Origin: Eledone cirrhosa
Taxonomy: Eukaryota
Length of the DNA: 64,000 bases
Direction: 5' to 3'
Assembly: GCA_964016885.1 (NCBI GenBank)
Contig: OZ024741.1
Span: 145,514,001-145,578,000 of the forward strand
Shown: positions 52,893 through 64,000 of the stretch, in pieces
Position numbering within the stretch: position 1 is the stretch's first letter
Layout: every line of letters starts with the position of its first letter
Translations under genes and position numbers: made by a program
The notes under the pieces: model-generated
Databases searched by the model: none
Told to the model about the DNA's origin: nothing
Seen by the model: the letters and a program-made list of their open reading frames with translations, nothing else

Positions 52893-55111
52893 ATAAATTT
52901 CTTTATTAGCCACAAGGGCACAAAGAAGGGGACAAATACAAATGGGGAGTTTACATACAAGTATATGAAAATAAAACTATTAATAAAATAACAATTGAAA
53001 TCCCTAATAGGGGGAGGCATTACACAGGGGTTGTACACCCCCCCAAAAAATGTACAACTCTCATCTCCAGGAGCACAAAAGAGTGAGTACTCCTCTCCTC
53101 TCTTCCTCTTTTTCCTCAACCTTCAGGCTTATATAGAGAGAAGCCCCAACCACTCGGGCCATCTTTGCCACATTCACCCACCTTTCATAAAATTTGCTCT
53201 CCATCCTGATTCTTCTTCCAAAATGATATTTGAAAAAACGAATCAGTTGTTCGCTGGAGAGAAAAATGTCTGATCTCAGCCCTTTTAACCTCGTCCACCA
53301 TATAACCTCTTTCACCATAGCCATAACACATAGGAAAACTGCCTCTCCTTTGTTTTTGAAGGAGGGTGGCAGTTTGATCATGACAATGGACTCGGTGATC
53401 AACTGGTTTGGTCCCACCCGCGACAATAGTTGTTCTACATAGCCCCACAGGTCGGTAACACCCGGGCAGTGTACAAATGCGTGCGCGACGGTTTCCTCGT
53501 CACGCACGCATCTCGGACAGATCTTTTTCGAAGGGTCCCTGCCCAGGCCCCCATGTCTGTAGAGCTTGTCTCGAACTGGTAGAGCTCCTCGGTAGCACTG
53601 CCAGGCCAGGGACTTTTGGAAGTTGTGCATCTGTCCCGGATGGAAGGTCCTACCAAACAGACTGGCCAGTTTGTCCTCCTCTAAACCCAGAGTTTCTCCG
53701 AGCGCATCGTCGCACCTGCTGTGAACCAACCCTCTATAGAATGACGAAATGGAGCCTCCACTGACCGCCGGGTCTGTTTGCCAGAGGACTGTGAGCCCCT
53801 AGCACATTTGATGTGCCAGTCGCCCATTTTCCTCGGTCTTTGCTTGACCCAGGACTGCAGCTCGGTCATCGAGATGAGTCGTGGGAAGGCTCGCTTCATG
53901 AATGGGGCCCACACCAGTTGTCCAGTGAGGAATACATGGAGGTGCCGCAGCCTGAGCGCGTGTTTGCGCATCCTCAGCCACGGCATCCCCCAGCCCTCCG
54001 TTTGAAGGGTGTTGGCAGCAGAAGGATCTTCTCACCAAAGGAGCCCGTTTCTTCCAAAGGAATTGTAAGAGCGCGCGCTTCATTTTGGTGAGTGTTTTGG
54101 CTAGTCAAGGCATTACGGTCAAGCGGTAGTAGATGACGGACGCTATAAAAGTGTTCGCCACCTCCACTCGTCCTTTCAAGGAGAGTTTGCACTCGGCCCC
54201 ACATCTGGGTGAGCGCAAACACCTTGGCCGTCACCTCGTTCCAGTTCTTCTCCACCTGGAGGTCTTGACCAAACCAGACCCCGAGCAGCTTTCCCGGTTC
54301 TTCCGTCCAGCATCCGACAACGCCATCGGAAGGCATCGGTTTGCCTCTCCACGTTCCAAGTTACAAACTGACGGATTTGTCCCGGTCCAGCTTCGCTCCT
54401 GTGAACCTTTCATATTCCTTCAGTAAGGTGCTGACTTCCCCGATTTGCGAGGTGTTCAACACCACTACTGTCACGTCGGCAGTGTAGGCCGACGCCACTT
54501 TTCGCAGTCCCGGTTCCAAAGGGAAGCCCTGCAATAGCTCCAACTTCCGCAGTAGTGGCTCGAGATTCAGTATGTACAGAAGGGAGGAGAGAGGGCATCC
54601 CTGTCGGATGGATCGTGTGATATGGAACGGCTCCGAGAGGTAGCCGTTCACCTTGACCCTTGAGCAGATGTTGCTGCTGTACATTGCAGCAATCCAGCCC
54701 CTGAACATGGGTCCGAAGCCTGCTGCATCGATGGTTAGCCCTATCGAAAGCCTTAGACTGATCCAAGTTGATCAGGGCCCCACCAAAGCCGGGTTTACAC
54801 CCTACCCTCTCTATGATGTATCGCGTGAGGTAGAGGTTGCCGTGTATGGACCTGGTCAGGATTGCGTATGTCTGCGCTTCTCCCACCAGGTTTTCAATGT
54901 CAAGCGCCAGCCTCTTTGCCAACACCTTTGCCAAAATCTGTAACTCTGTGTTTAGCAGAGTTATGGGCTGGAAGTTGCCTATGTCATCTGCCTTATTCGC
55001 GTCCTTCTTGACTAACGTGATTATGCCCTTGGTCACAGAACTGGCAATTCTCCCATTCTGCTGCCAGTTGCAGTAGACCGCTTCCAGGAGACCGGAGAAC
55101 AAGTTCGGCAT
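52893..55111 (-). mobile_element. 5'-truncated Tx1-clade LINE with intact 3' end abutting (GATA)n
   Basis: RT motifs FQPITLLNTE, LDQSKAFDR, IRQGCPLS; knuckle CPRCVRDEETVAHAFVHC; AATAAA then (TATC)n. Confidence 0.92.
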
Positions 55112-55124
55112 TGCTATAGGTAGA

Positions 55125-55620
55125 TATGTTTCTTTATTAGCCACAGGGGCACAAAAGAAGGGGACAAATACAAAGGGGGAAGTTTACATACAATAAAAAC
55201 ATGTAAAATATTATCACAAATGCAATTTAAAAAATTAGTCGATTTTCCCCATTAGGGGGAGACAGTTCATATGGGTAACACATACCCCCGAAAAAATGTG
55301 CAACCCTCATCTCCAGGAGTACGAAGAGTTTGTACTCCTTTCCTCTCCTCCTCCTTTTCCTCAACCTACAGACTGATATAGAGAGAAGGCCCATTCACTC
55401 GGGCCATTCTCGCCACTTTCACCCACCTTTTATAAAACTTGCTGGGGTACAGCACCTCTCTCTCCATCCTCATTCTTCTTCCAAAGTGGTATTTGAAAAA
55501 AAGAATCAGTTGTTGGCCGGAGAAAAAGGTGTCTGACCTCAGCCCTTTCAACCTTGTCCACCATACAACCTCTTTCGCCATAGCTATCACACAAAGGAAA
55601 ACCGCCTTTCCTTCGTTTTT
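55125..55620 (-). mobile_element. Second short Tx1 3' end of the same family
   Basis: KNEGKAVFLCVIAMAKEVVWWTRLKGLRSD... homologous to 53061-53360; same ttgtggctaataaagaaa terminus. Confidence 0.9.
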
Positions 55621-55643
55621 AGATAGATAGATAGATAGATAGC

Positions 55644-55704
<61 letters not shown>
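55621..55704. repeat. (GATA)n microsatellite
   Basis: Direct inspection. Confidence 0.97.
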
Positions 55705-56377
55705 GAGGAGAGAGAGAATGGAAATGGTTTTAATAAGTGTATCTAGAGTAATGAAAATATATTTATTAGTTTCTTGCTTTTTTTTTTTAATCAAGAAACT
55801 GTAACAGTTGAATCACTGAAAAAGAGCTGTCATCTTCATGTTTACTTTTTAGAGTTCGTTAAATGTCACCAATTCTCTTAATTATGAGATATTGTTGAAA
55901 TTTGTTTGCAAGATAGCCATGAGTATAAATTCACATACACATATATACACATCTATGTAACAGTTATGTGTGTGTATATGTCAAATTATACATGGCAATA
56001 TGTATGGTGAATACATATGTATGCAAATTTGAGAGTTTGTATTACTATAGGCATAATGACGATGATGATGAGTCTCTTCTCCTCCTCCTTATCATCATCA
56101 TCATCATCACCATCACCACCACTACCACCAGCATTTTACATCTGATTTTCCATGCTGGAATGTGTTAGATGACAGCTCTATTCTGGCAGTTATTTTTTTC
56201 TGCAACTGGAACTCTTTTCAGATACCGATCTATATGGAATGGACCTCTGTCAGTTTTTAAGATGATTGTTCCAGTTGTTCAATCAATGGAACAGCCAGCT
56301 CAGGAAATTAACATGTAAGTGGCAGCACATTCCACAAACGTGTACCCGTAATTCTCAAGGATATTCAGCATGATAGT

Positions 56378-57098
56378 GTATGACAGCAATGTAATACCAC
56401 ACCAGTTGTTGCAGTCTGCCAGGTTTCTCTTCTTTGTCAGTTTGATGATGACACCGGGCTGCCACTCAAGGGGAACCCAACCAACCCTCCAGCTGTGGTT
56501 CATCAAGTCTGTCAACGCTGTTATCGTGCTCTCCTCACCGAATTTGAGCAGCTCATCAGGGATCTCATGCTGTTCCTCAAACGGTAATCGTATCTCTCGT
56601 CTCTTCCTTAGTGATATGTGCCCAGTCTGGTCGTCTTCATGCATTAGCACCAAGACCAGGCTCTGCCTGTACAAGAGCATCGTGCTGCCAACAGTGCTTT
56701 ATGCGAGCAAGACCTGGAAGAGTACGGCAAAAATAGGGAGACGGCTGAACGCTTTCCACCAGCGGTGCCTGCGAAGGATCCTTCGTGTGTCCTGGCGCGA
56801 CCGAGTGCAAAATGAGGATCATGGAACATGAGTGGTCATGGAGCATCGGTAGCATCTGGCTGGCCATATTCTGCGTCTGCCAAATGAACGGCATTCGAAA
56901 ACAGCGATGAACTGGACTCTGCCTGGCGGTAAACAGGCGAAATTACCCAAGGATCACCTGGCCACGAACGTTCCGGAAGGACCTGATGGCAGCCAACATC
57001 ACTTGGCACGGTCTCGAAAAAGTTGCCACTGATCGTGACCGTTGGCGAGTACTTACTGCTCGATGCGCCGAATGGCACAGAAGAATCTAAGTCTAAGA
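56378..57098 (+). mobile_element. RTE LINE remnant with inverted 5' portion
   Basis: Minus strand 56378-56570: IPDELLK...VPLEW...DCNNWCGITLLS. Plus strand 56615-57098: KTRLCLYKSIVLPTVLYA...LNAFHQRCLRRIL... and (CTAAG) tail. Confidence 0.8.
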
Positions 57099-57569
57099 AG
57101 TGTATGACAAGGCTTCCAAATAGTTTCCATTTACCTAATTTCATGGATCAACCAGATACTATGATAAATGACACTTGCTCGAGATTCAAGATTTCATGCA
57201 GTAGGATTAAACTGCTGGCTTTATAAACAGTGTCAATAAGATGTTTGCAGTGGCAAGTATACGTACAAACACACAGCAGACATGCTTCCTTACAGTTTCA
57301 CTCACAAGGCATTGCCTGGCCTGGGGCTACAGTGAAAGGCACTTGCCTGGGGCTACAGTGAAAGGCACTTGCCTTAGGTGCAATGCTGTGTGACACTAAC
57401 CTGAGACTAAATAGTTTTGTAGCAAATTTCTTAACCACACAGTCATGCCTATAGGCCTATAACAAAGATGCTCGGTTGAGTGTATAAAGTTTAATTAACA
57501 AGTTGAAGTTATGTAGAATAGTATAGTTGACATCTCCATGAGTAGATGAAAGAATGAAGTAAAGTTATT

Positions 57570-57851
57570 TGTTACCGTTTTGAAGTTAGCTCGCAAGAGA
57601 CCATGTTAGGGTTGCCAGGCGAATGCACCTGGCAGGTTAGAAGAGAGTGAAGCATCAGCGAACGCGACTGGCCGAAGTCCAGGAGCCGGAAGGGCAAATG
57701 AGAGGGAGAGAGCTGAAAGTTCTTCCTTTTATAGGGTCCCAGAACAGAAGTGACAAAAAGGGTTCTGCCACCCCAATGGGAAGTAACTCCAGCTACTTCC
57801 TGTCTAGAGAGCGGTGATGTGATTGTCACAAGGGAGGCAACTCTTGCTACA
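57570..57851 (-). mobile_element. Possible solo LTR
   Basis: TGT...ACA termini, flanks ttatt/ttatc, CTATAAAAGG on the minus strand, GC richer than flanks. Confidence 0.35.
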
Positions 57852-60587
57852 TTATCTCCCGCCAGATTTTTTAAATATAAAAATCGAATGAACCATGTAA
57901 GGAGTAAGATGGCGAGCATGTAACACCAAAGTCCAGGCATGAAAATTACGAAAAAAATAATGTTTGCAATAAAAGGAAAACAGCAAAATATAAGCATGCA
58001 AAAATCAATGATAGATATCAAGGTAGCCAACCGCTCTTGGCCAGAGAACGACTGGACATCTATCTATCCATCACTCAAAGATACAATGTGATTGTCATAA
58101 GGGAGGCAACTCTTGCTACAGGCCTATCGGCCTTCATTGTACTCGCCCTACCACCTACTTTTCAATGCTGCACTTTTAGTTTTTATAAAAATTATGGTGA
58201 TGTGCTTATTCCAAACCTCTCTCATAGAATAATTGTGCCAACCCAGTATGTTCTGAACCCCTCCCACATCATCAAAGTCTGACGAAGGGCCTGCATATCT
58301 ACCTTTGTTATGTATATAAAATTGTTATCTCACAGCATATAATTAAATACTCGTTTGTTGTAGAATGAATAAATTGATAATGTGAATCAGATACATAAAG
58401 AGAACAAGGAAATCATCCATCATATCTTCTTCTTCAGATTTAACATGTCTTTCATGAATTAGTGGTCACTGGCTAACCTCTCTGTACATTTTTCACATTC
58501 TCTCATCTCATATATATAGACAACAACTGCACTGGGCAACATAGTAATAGATATGCAATGCTTGAATAAAATATATAATACTGACTACACAGTCAGATGG
58601 CTGTTTGTAATAAAACATAATCTTCTTGCCACTTTTAATGGCTTTTAGAGACAATATTGAATCTGTGTGTTTTTCATCAAGGACCAAAAACAAACAAATA
58701 ACTCTTAACATGCTGCAATGATTTAAAAGAAAATATCTAAAGAAAATGGGTTTGTTAATTCAAATGTTCATAGTATCTTTACTACTGGACATCATTTGCA
58801 ATATTTGAGTAAAGACCTCAATTTGTAAAGTGATGCAGTCATAATGTTATTTCTTTTCTTTTCAAAAATGTCTTGCTAATTTTGTTTTATGTGATTTTGT
58901 TAATTGAAACATTTAAGTAACCTTATTATTTGGAAAATCATTGTAAAAGTTTGCAATATTAGATTAAAGACTTCACTTTTTAATGTGATACCATTGTAGT
59001 ATTGTTTTATACTTTTCAAGAATGTCATGTGGTTCAAGATATTATGAGACAAAGAACCAAACTTGAAATGGTTCACAAAATGGAACAATCTTAACCAGCT
59101 TAAGAATCCACATTTAGCAACAGAAGTCCACTAAAATATATAGTTCACTATCAATATTATTCATAATATTGTCTCTAAATGCTATAAAATTAAGAAACAT
59201 CAATATATTAATGGATATAGGAAAATCTATGGAACAAAGTTTAGCAAGCAAACTAGTTTTTATTATGGTAATTGCATTGCAGACAAAGAGACTCTGTAAA
59301 CATATTTCCAAACATTTATTTCAGTTGTCTCAATACTAAAACATAAACGCAAGTATATAATGATGGGGGAAAACGATTAATATTTTCTTAATTATAATTA
59401 CATCGCAAACTTGCAGCTGGCGACATAAATTTCTTATATTTATCTATTCCAATAAATTTTTTTACTATCATTAAGCTGTGTTCAACTTCCAAATTGTCTG
59501 TAGCTCTAAGATGACATTTGAAATATTACACTTGCAACTCAATATCCCAGTATCATTTTATGGAAATTACTAAACTATAAATTTTAACTGTAAATAAGGC
59601 TGCAGTCTTTAAAGATATAAACTTATGAACTTGGTTAATTCTGATCTTTAAATTATGGCTGCATAGTAAAATCCTGGCAGGGAATCTAATATATTCTTGT
59701 TCACTTGGATTCATCAAATTATAATTTTATCCACAAGAAATATGGTGAGCAAAAAATCTATTTTCTCTGTCTGTAAATATTTACAATTAATATTTTGTGT
59801 GTAATTATTGGGGTTTTATACAACTTCTCCTGAATTGATGGAATCATTAGAGCAACAGATAATTTTGTTTGTGGTATTTGCTTTGGCTATCTGTGTTCTG
59901 AGTTCAAATCCCGCTGAGGTTAGCTTAGCTTTTCATCCCTTTGAGCGTCAGTAAATCAAGTAGCAATCCAGAGTGCTAGAAGTGATGCTTTGTAGGTTCT
60001 AAGTTCAAATCTTACTTCCTATCAATGTAAAATCCTTGTCTTTGGCTGAAACAAAGATAGGCTTGGGAAGTCTTTATATTCTTCCTACCAGTTGGTGCCC
60101 TAGCATTGAGAGTGGTCAGCAGAGATACTTGAGGACTTATTTGAGGATCAAAGGGCAGATAGGAGTGTGACATATTCCAATCTGTCCCAAATTATGTGGG
60201 CAGTTTGGTACAGTGAATATGAGAGAAGGTGAGAGAGATTCAATCAAGGAGGTGAGAAGACAGTAGTTGAAGAGGCAAGAGAGACATTTACACAAGAAAG
60301 CCAAATGTAGATATATTTCTCAGTTTCCATATAACCATCCTTTCAATCCTCATTTCATTCTTCTTGCATGGCAGGGTTGGTATGCTCAAGCACTGCACAT
60401 CACCCACCAATGTGTTCCTCCATCACATACACTGACACATGCAGAAATGTGTAGAAATAAAAAAAATCATTGGAACCGTTGTATTTATGTGAAATTGATT
60501 AGAAAGATTTTCTGATGACCATCTAACATTCTAATGATCACATATTGAAAAAGTGTTAAACATTTGATCATTAAACAATAAGATAAT

Positions 60588-60986
60588 GATCATCATCATC
60601 ATCATCATCATCATCAACGTTTAACGTCCGTGTTCCACGCTTGCATGGGTTTGGACGGGGGTAGTCCCACTTGAGGCAAGAGTGATTGTCTTGCTCGCAT
60701 AGGACTGTCTGGCAGGTTTTCTACAGTTGGATGCCCTTCCTAACACCAACCACATTTACAGTGTGGGTCTGGGAGGTTTTTACCGTGTTGCCTACACGGC
60801 CACATTACAGCGTGGACTGTGTGTTTTTTTGTCGTGACACCTACACGATCTCATTTGTTTCGGCCTGGATGGCGCGGCACCAACATAACTTTACATAGGA
60901 CGGGGTGGTGTGGATGGGGGGGGGGTGTATTTTGTTAGAGATGCCTACTGGCAAGGCGGGTCTTCTCTGTTACTGAGTACCGCCAA
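60588..60986 (-). mobile_element. RTE 3' UTR copy (family of 48428-49073)
   Basis: Near-identical to 48428-48863, with an internal deletion. Confidence 0.88.
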
Positions 60987-62289
60987 TATATATAAATATG
61001 ATTATGTAACATCTATCTTAATGTTTATTTCAACTCATGCTAGCGTGGAAAATGGACGTTAAACGAAGATGATGATGATGATGATGATGAATTCAGAGTT
61101 TGAAAGCCTCGACAATGAGGGTTTGGATAGAAAATAATCAATCGTAAGAAACAGGGGTTGTTTTTTTACCTTAATTTATTCATATGTCCTAATATTTCGA
61201 GATTAATATCTCTTCTTCTGAGGAAAATAAAGGATCTATTCCAGTGTCCGATGTGGCTTATGTGAAAAATAAATGGAAAACAACACAGCAAAGTGATACA
61301 GTATAAGGAAAATTATATATGGGTTAGTCTTCAACCTTCTTGTATTTATCGTTATTGTGGTATAAATAGGGCTACTGCATTCGGTCGTTTTTCTTGGTGT
61401 CACTTAATAACTGTTGTGTTTTACTCTGGATGATAATATTTAGCTTCTCAATCCATTGAGTTCTTTGTGATTGCCTCAAACAACATGATAAGTATCTGCT
61501 ATATGGCGGCTATTACTTCGATTCATACCCATTATTATTATATAAATATATATATATAGGCTCTGCACTGTTTCTACTTATCAAATTCCCCTCACAAGTC
61601 AACCTAATTCTATGGCTGAAGACACTTGACCAAGCTGGCATGCAGTGACATCAAACCCCAAACCATATGATTACAAAGGAATTTTCTCAGCCACTCATGT
61701 ATCCAGTAGTTCATAATGTGTATTAACCATTTGAACCAAATCTATTCTATATCTGGCAATCTGATTTTAGCACATGAGCCTGTATGTATGCGTTTGTGTG
61801 TATTTGTTTCTGTGTTTGAATTTGTGTGTTTCTGTATTTGTCTGCTTGTGTTTCTGCGTGTATTTGTGTTTATGTACATGTGTGTACATGTTTGTGTAAT
61901 TGTGATTCAGTGTGTGTGTGTGTGTTTGTTTGTGTGTGTGTGTGTGTGTGTTTGTGTTTCTTTGTGTGTGCGCATGTTTACATAGTGATGAAGATATTTT
62001 CACAGAAGTTGCAATAACATAGATACAAAGAAATCCCAAGAATAGTAAATATCAAATGAGACAACAGTAGGGGAAATGAAAAGTTACACATTGATGTCAG
62101 AGCTGTCTTCACTTCTGTTCCTTTTGTTTCACACAAAGAACTGAAATGTCAAATGTAATGGTTTAAAACCTAACACAGACTATATTCATATAATAATGGC
62201 ACAAGACAGCAAAGAACATTCTAGATTGTAATACTTTGTGTTTATGATGATGTTGATCATGAGAATGATGAAACTATACAAAAGTCAGA

Positions 62290-62291
<2 letters not shown>

Positions 62292-62372
<81 letters not shown>
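62292..62372. repeat. (GT)n microsatellite
   Basis: Direct inspection. Confidence 0.97.
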
Positions 62373-62373
<1 letters not shown>

Positions 62374-63119
62374 AGAAAGGAAGAAACAAGGAAACAATAT
62401 AAATTGATGGACATGAAATGAGTTAAGTTAACACAGATATGAACGTAATATATATCAGTTAAAAATATGTGTGATGTTAAACAAATGAACTGTGTAGTGC
62501 AAGGTCACCAGTTCAAATAAACTTTGAGTCATTATATATGCATAAGTCAAAAGAGCTTAATTCATTGAATTGACCACAGTTCATTTTAGCACTTATTTTA
62601 TTAACCCTGTTGTGGGTGAAGTCAACCTTGAAAACTGTAGTATATGTATATAAGTGGATAGAGACAGCCAAAAAAAAAAGAAAATAAAAGCGAAATTTAC
62701 AGCTGACACTGATGTTTGATGATGTTTTAGCTGTCCTTCTATGAAGTTGTATCGTGTCTGAGGCCTCTTGTAGGTTTTAATGATAGGGGCCCCAGTCCTA
62801 TAATGAAAAGCAATGTTGAATAAAGCATCTTGCTCAAGAGCACAATGCACCACCCATTGCAGGAAGTGAACCAACAAACTTATGATCATGAGTCCAATAC
62901 CCTAACGACTAAGCCCTGAGAATATTGAAAAAGATAACTTTACAATCAAGCGGTCCCAGAATTGATCCCACTATATAGCAACTTGGGTGTTTTTTACCAT
63001 AGCTTCAGGTCGACCCCACTTTTGTGAGTAAAACTGGATAGATGAAAACTGTGTGTAAGTCTGTTGGATAGATTATACCTGTAACTCAATGGCCTAGACT
63101 TGTAACACACTTTGTCTCA

Positions 63120-63898
63120 TATCCCATGAGTAAGTTGAGAATATTCTACACACTGAACTTGGTACGACAAAGGTATCTGTTTGGTGGGTGCCACATCTTG
63201 TGACACCTGATCAAAAGCACAACAAGCTGATCACATCATGGGAAAATCCGACATTGTTTGAGGCAGACCCAGCTGGTTTCCTTGAAAGACTCCAAACCCA
63301 GGATTAGTGTTGTGTTCATCACTTTGAGGAAGAGACAAAAACAATGCATGCAGTGGCAACACCCCTCCTCCCTTGTTCCAAAGAAGACCAAGGTAATTTC
63401 ATCTGCAGGGAAGGTGATGGTCTTAGTTTTGGGGGATGCAAAAGGCATTGTGTTTATTGACTATCTTCAAAAGTGTCACACCATCAATGGAGAATATTTT
63501 GTCAACCTGCTGAGGCAGTTACAAAAGAATGTCAGTTGCAGGAAAGCTAATGAAGGGTGTCTTGTTTCCTTGGGACAATGTTCCAGCACACAAGTCCTTG
63601 GTTTCAATGGCTGTTGTGCATGGCTGTGGCTTTGAACTGTTAACCACCCTCCCTATTCTCCTGATTTGGCTCCATCTGACTATCATCTGTTCCTCAGCAG
63701 GGGACCAGTATTGTAGTAATGATGACGTTATATCTTCTGTTGATGACTTTTTTGACCAACAGGACAAAAGCTTCTTCACCAATGGGATCCAAGCACTGCA
63801 ACACCGATGGAAGAAGTGTGTTGAAAAATAAACCTCATTTTATCACATTCCATGAGAGTATCTTGGTCAGCCTATGAACTTTTCAGCCTACCCTTGTA
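63120..63898 (+). mobile_element. Mariner (DD34D-type) transposon remnant with right TIR and TA
   Basis: WVPHL.TPDQK, SAGKVM...DAKGIVFIDYL, PYSPDLAPSDY, FFTNGIQALQHRWKKCVE; terminal aacttttcagcctacccttg-TA. Confidence 0.9.
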
Positions 63899-64000
63899 TT
63901 TGTGGAGTAGGCACAACATAAATCCTAATTTAACTAGTAGGGTATCTACTCAATCGAACAACTGAATGTTTATCATCAAAACAAACACACACATGCATAT

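Noticed and set aside
58275-58300. Isolated CTGANGA motifs (also 17239 and 36545)
   Set aside because: No downstream GAAA with matching stems.
61188-61228. Minus-strand hammerhead-like remnant UCCU-CAGAAGA-GAGAU/AUCUC-GAAAU-AUU-AGGA
   Set aside because: Core mutated and loop III missing; too eroded to call, although it may be a dead member of the same class.

Overview
This is an AT-rich, repeat-dominated stretch of an animal genome, intergenic or intronic. The SINE/LINE/microsatellite mix suggests a mollusc, probably a coleoid cephalopod such as Octopus; that is inference only. No host protein-coding gene is confidently supported. Nearly all real coding potential belongs to disrupted retroelements: R4/Dong-like RLE LINEs, Tx1/L1-clade LINEs, several RTE LINEs, a CR1-group LINE and Penelope-like GIY-YIG fragments, plus a mariner remnant. 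Also present are tRNA-derived SINEs, non-autonomous Helitron-like elements, MITEs and long (TA)n/(CA)n/(GATA)n/(TCA)n microsatellites. The most notable structure is about ten sequence-unrelated type-I hammerhead ribozyme motifs (stem I-CUGANGA-stem II-GAAA-stem III-UH-stem I). Most lie in short fold-back elements beside (TA)n tracts, and several share an unusual enlarged stem II domain or an 8-nt CUGANNGA core. Other highlights: a near-homogeneous 6 x 454-bp tandem array of a bipartite non-autonomous RTE (5' UTR fused to a C2H2 finger and 3' end) headed by a possible pseudoknot; a Tx1 family apparently targeting (GATA)n; an R4/Dong element with the RT deleted in frame; and a repeated cassette of two convergent tRNA-like heads. 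All structures were read by eye and coordinates may be off by a few bases.
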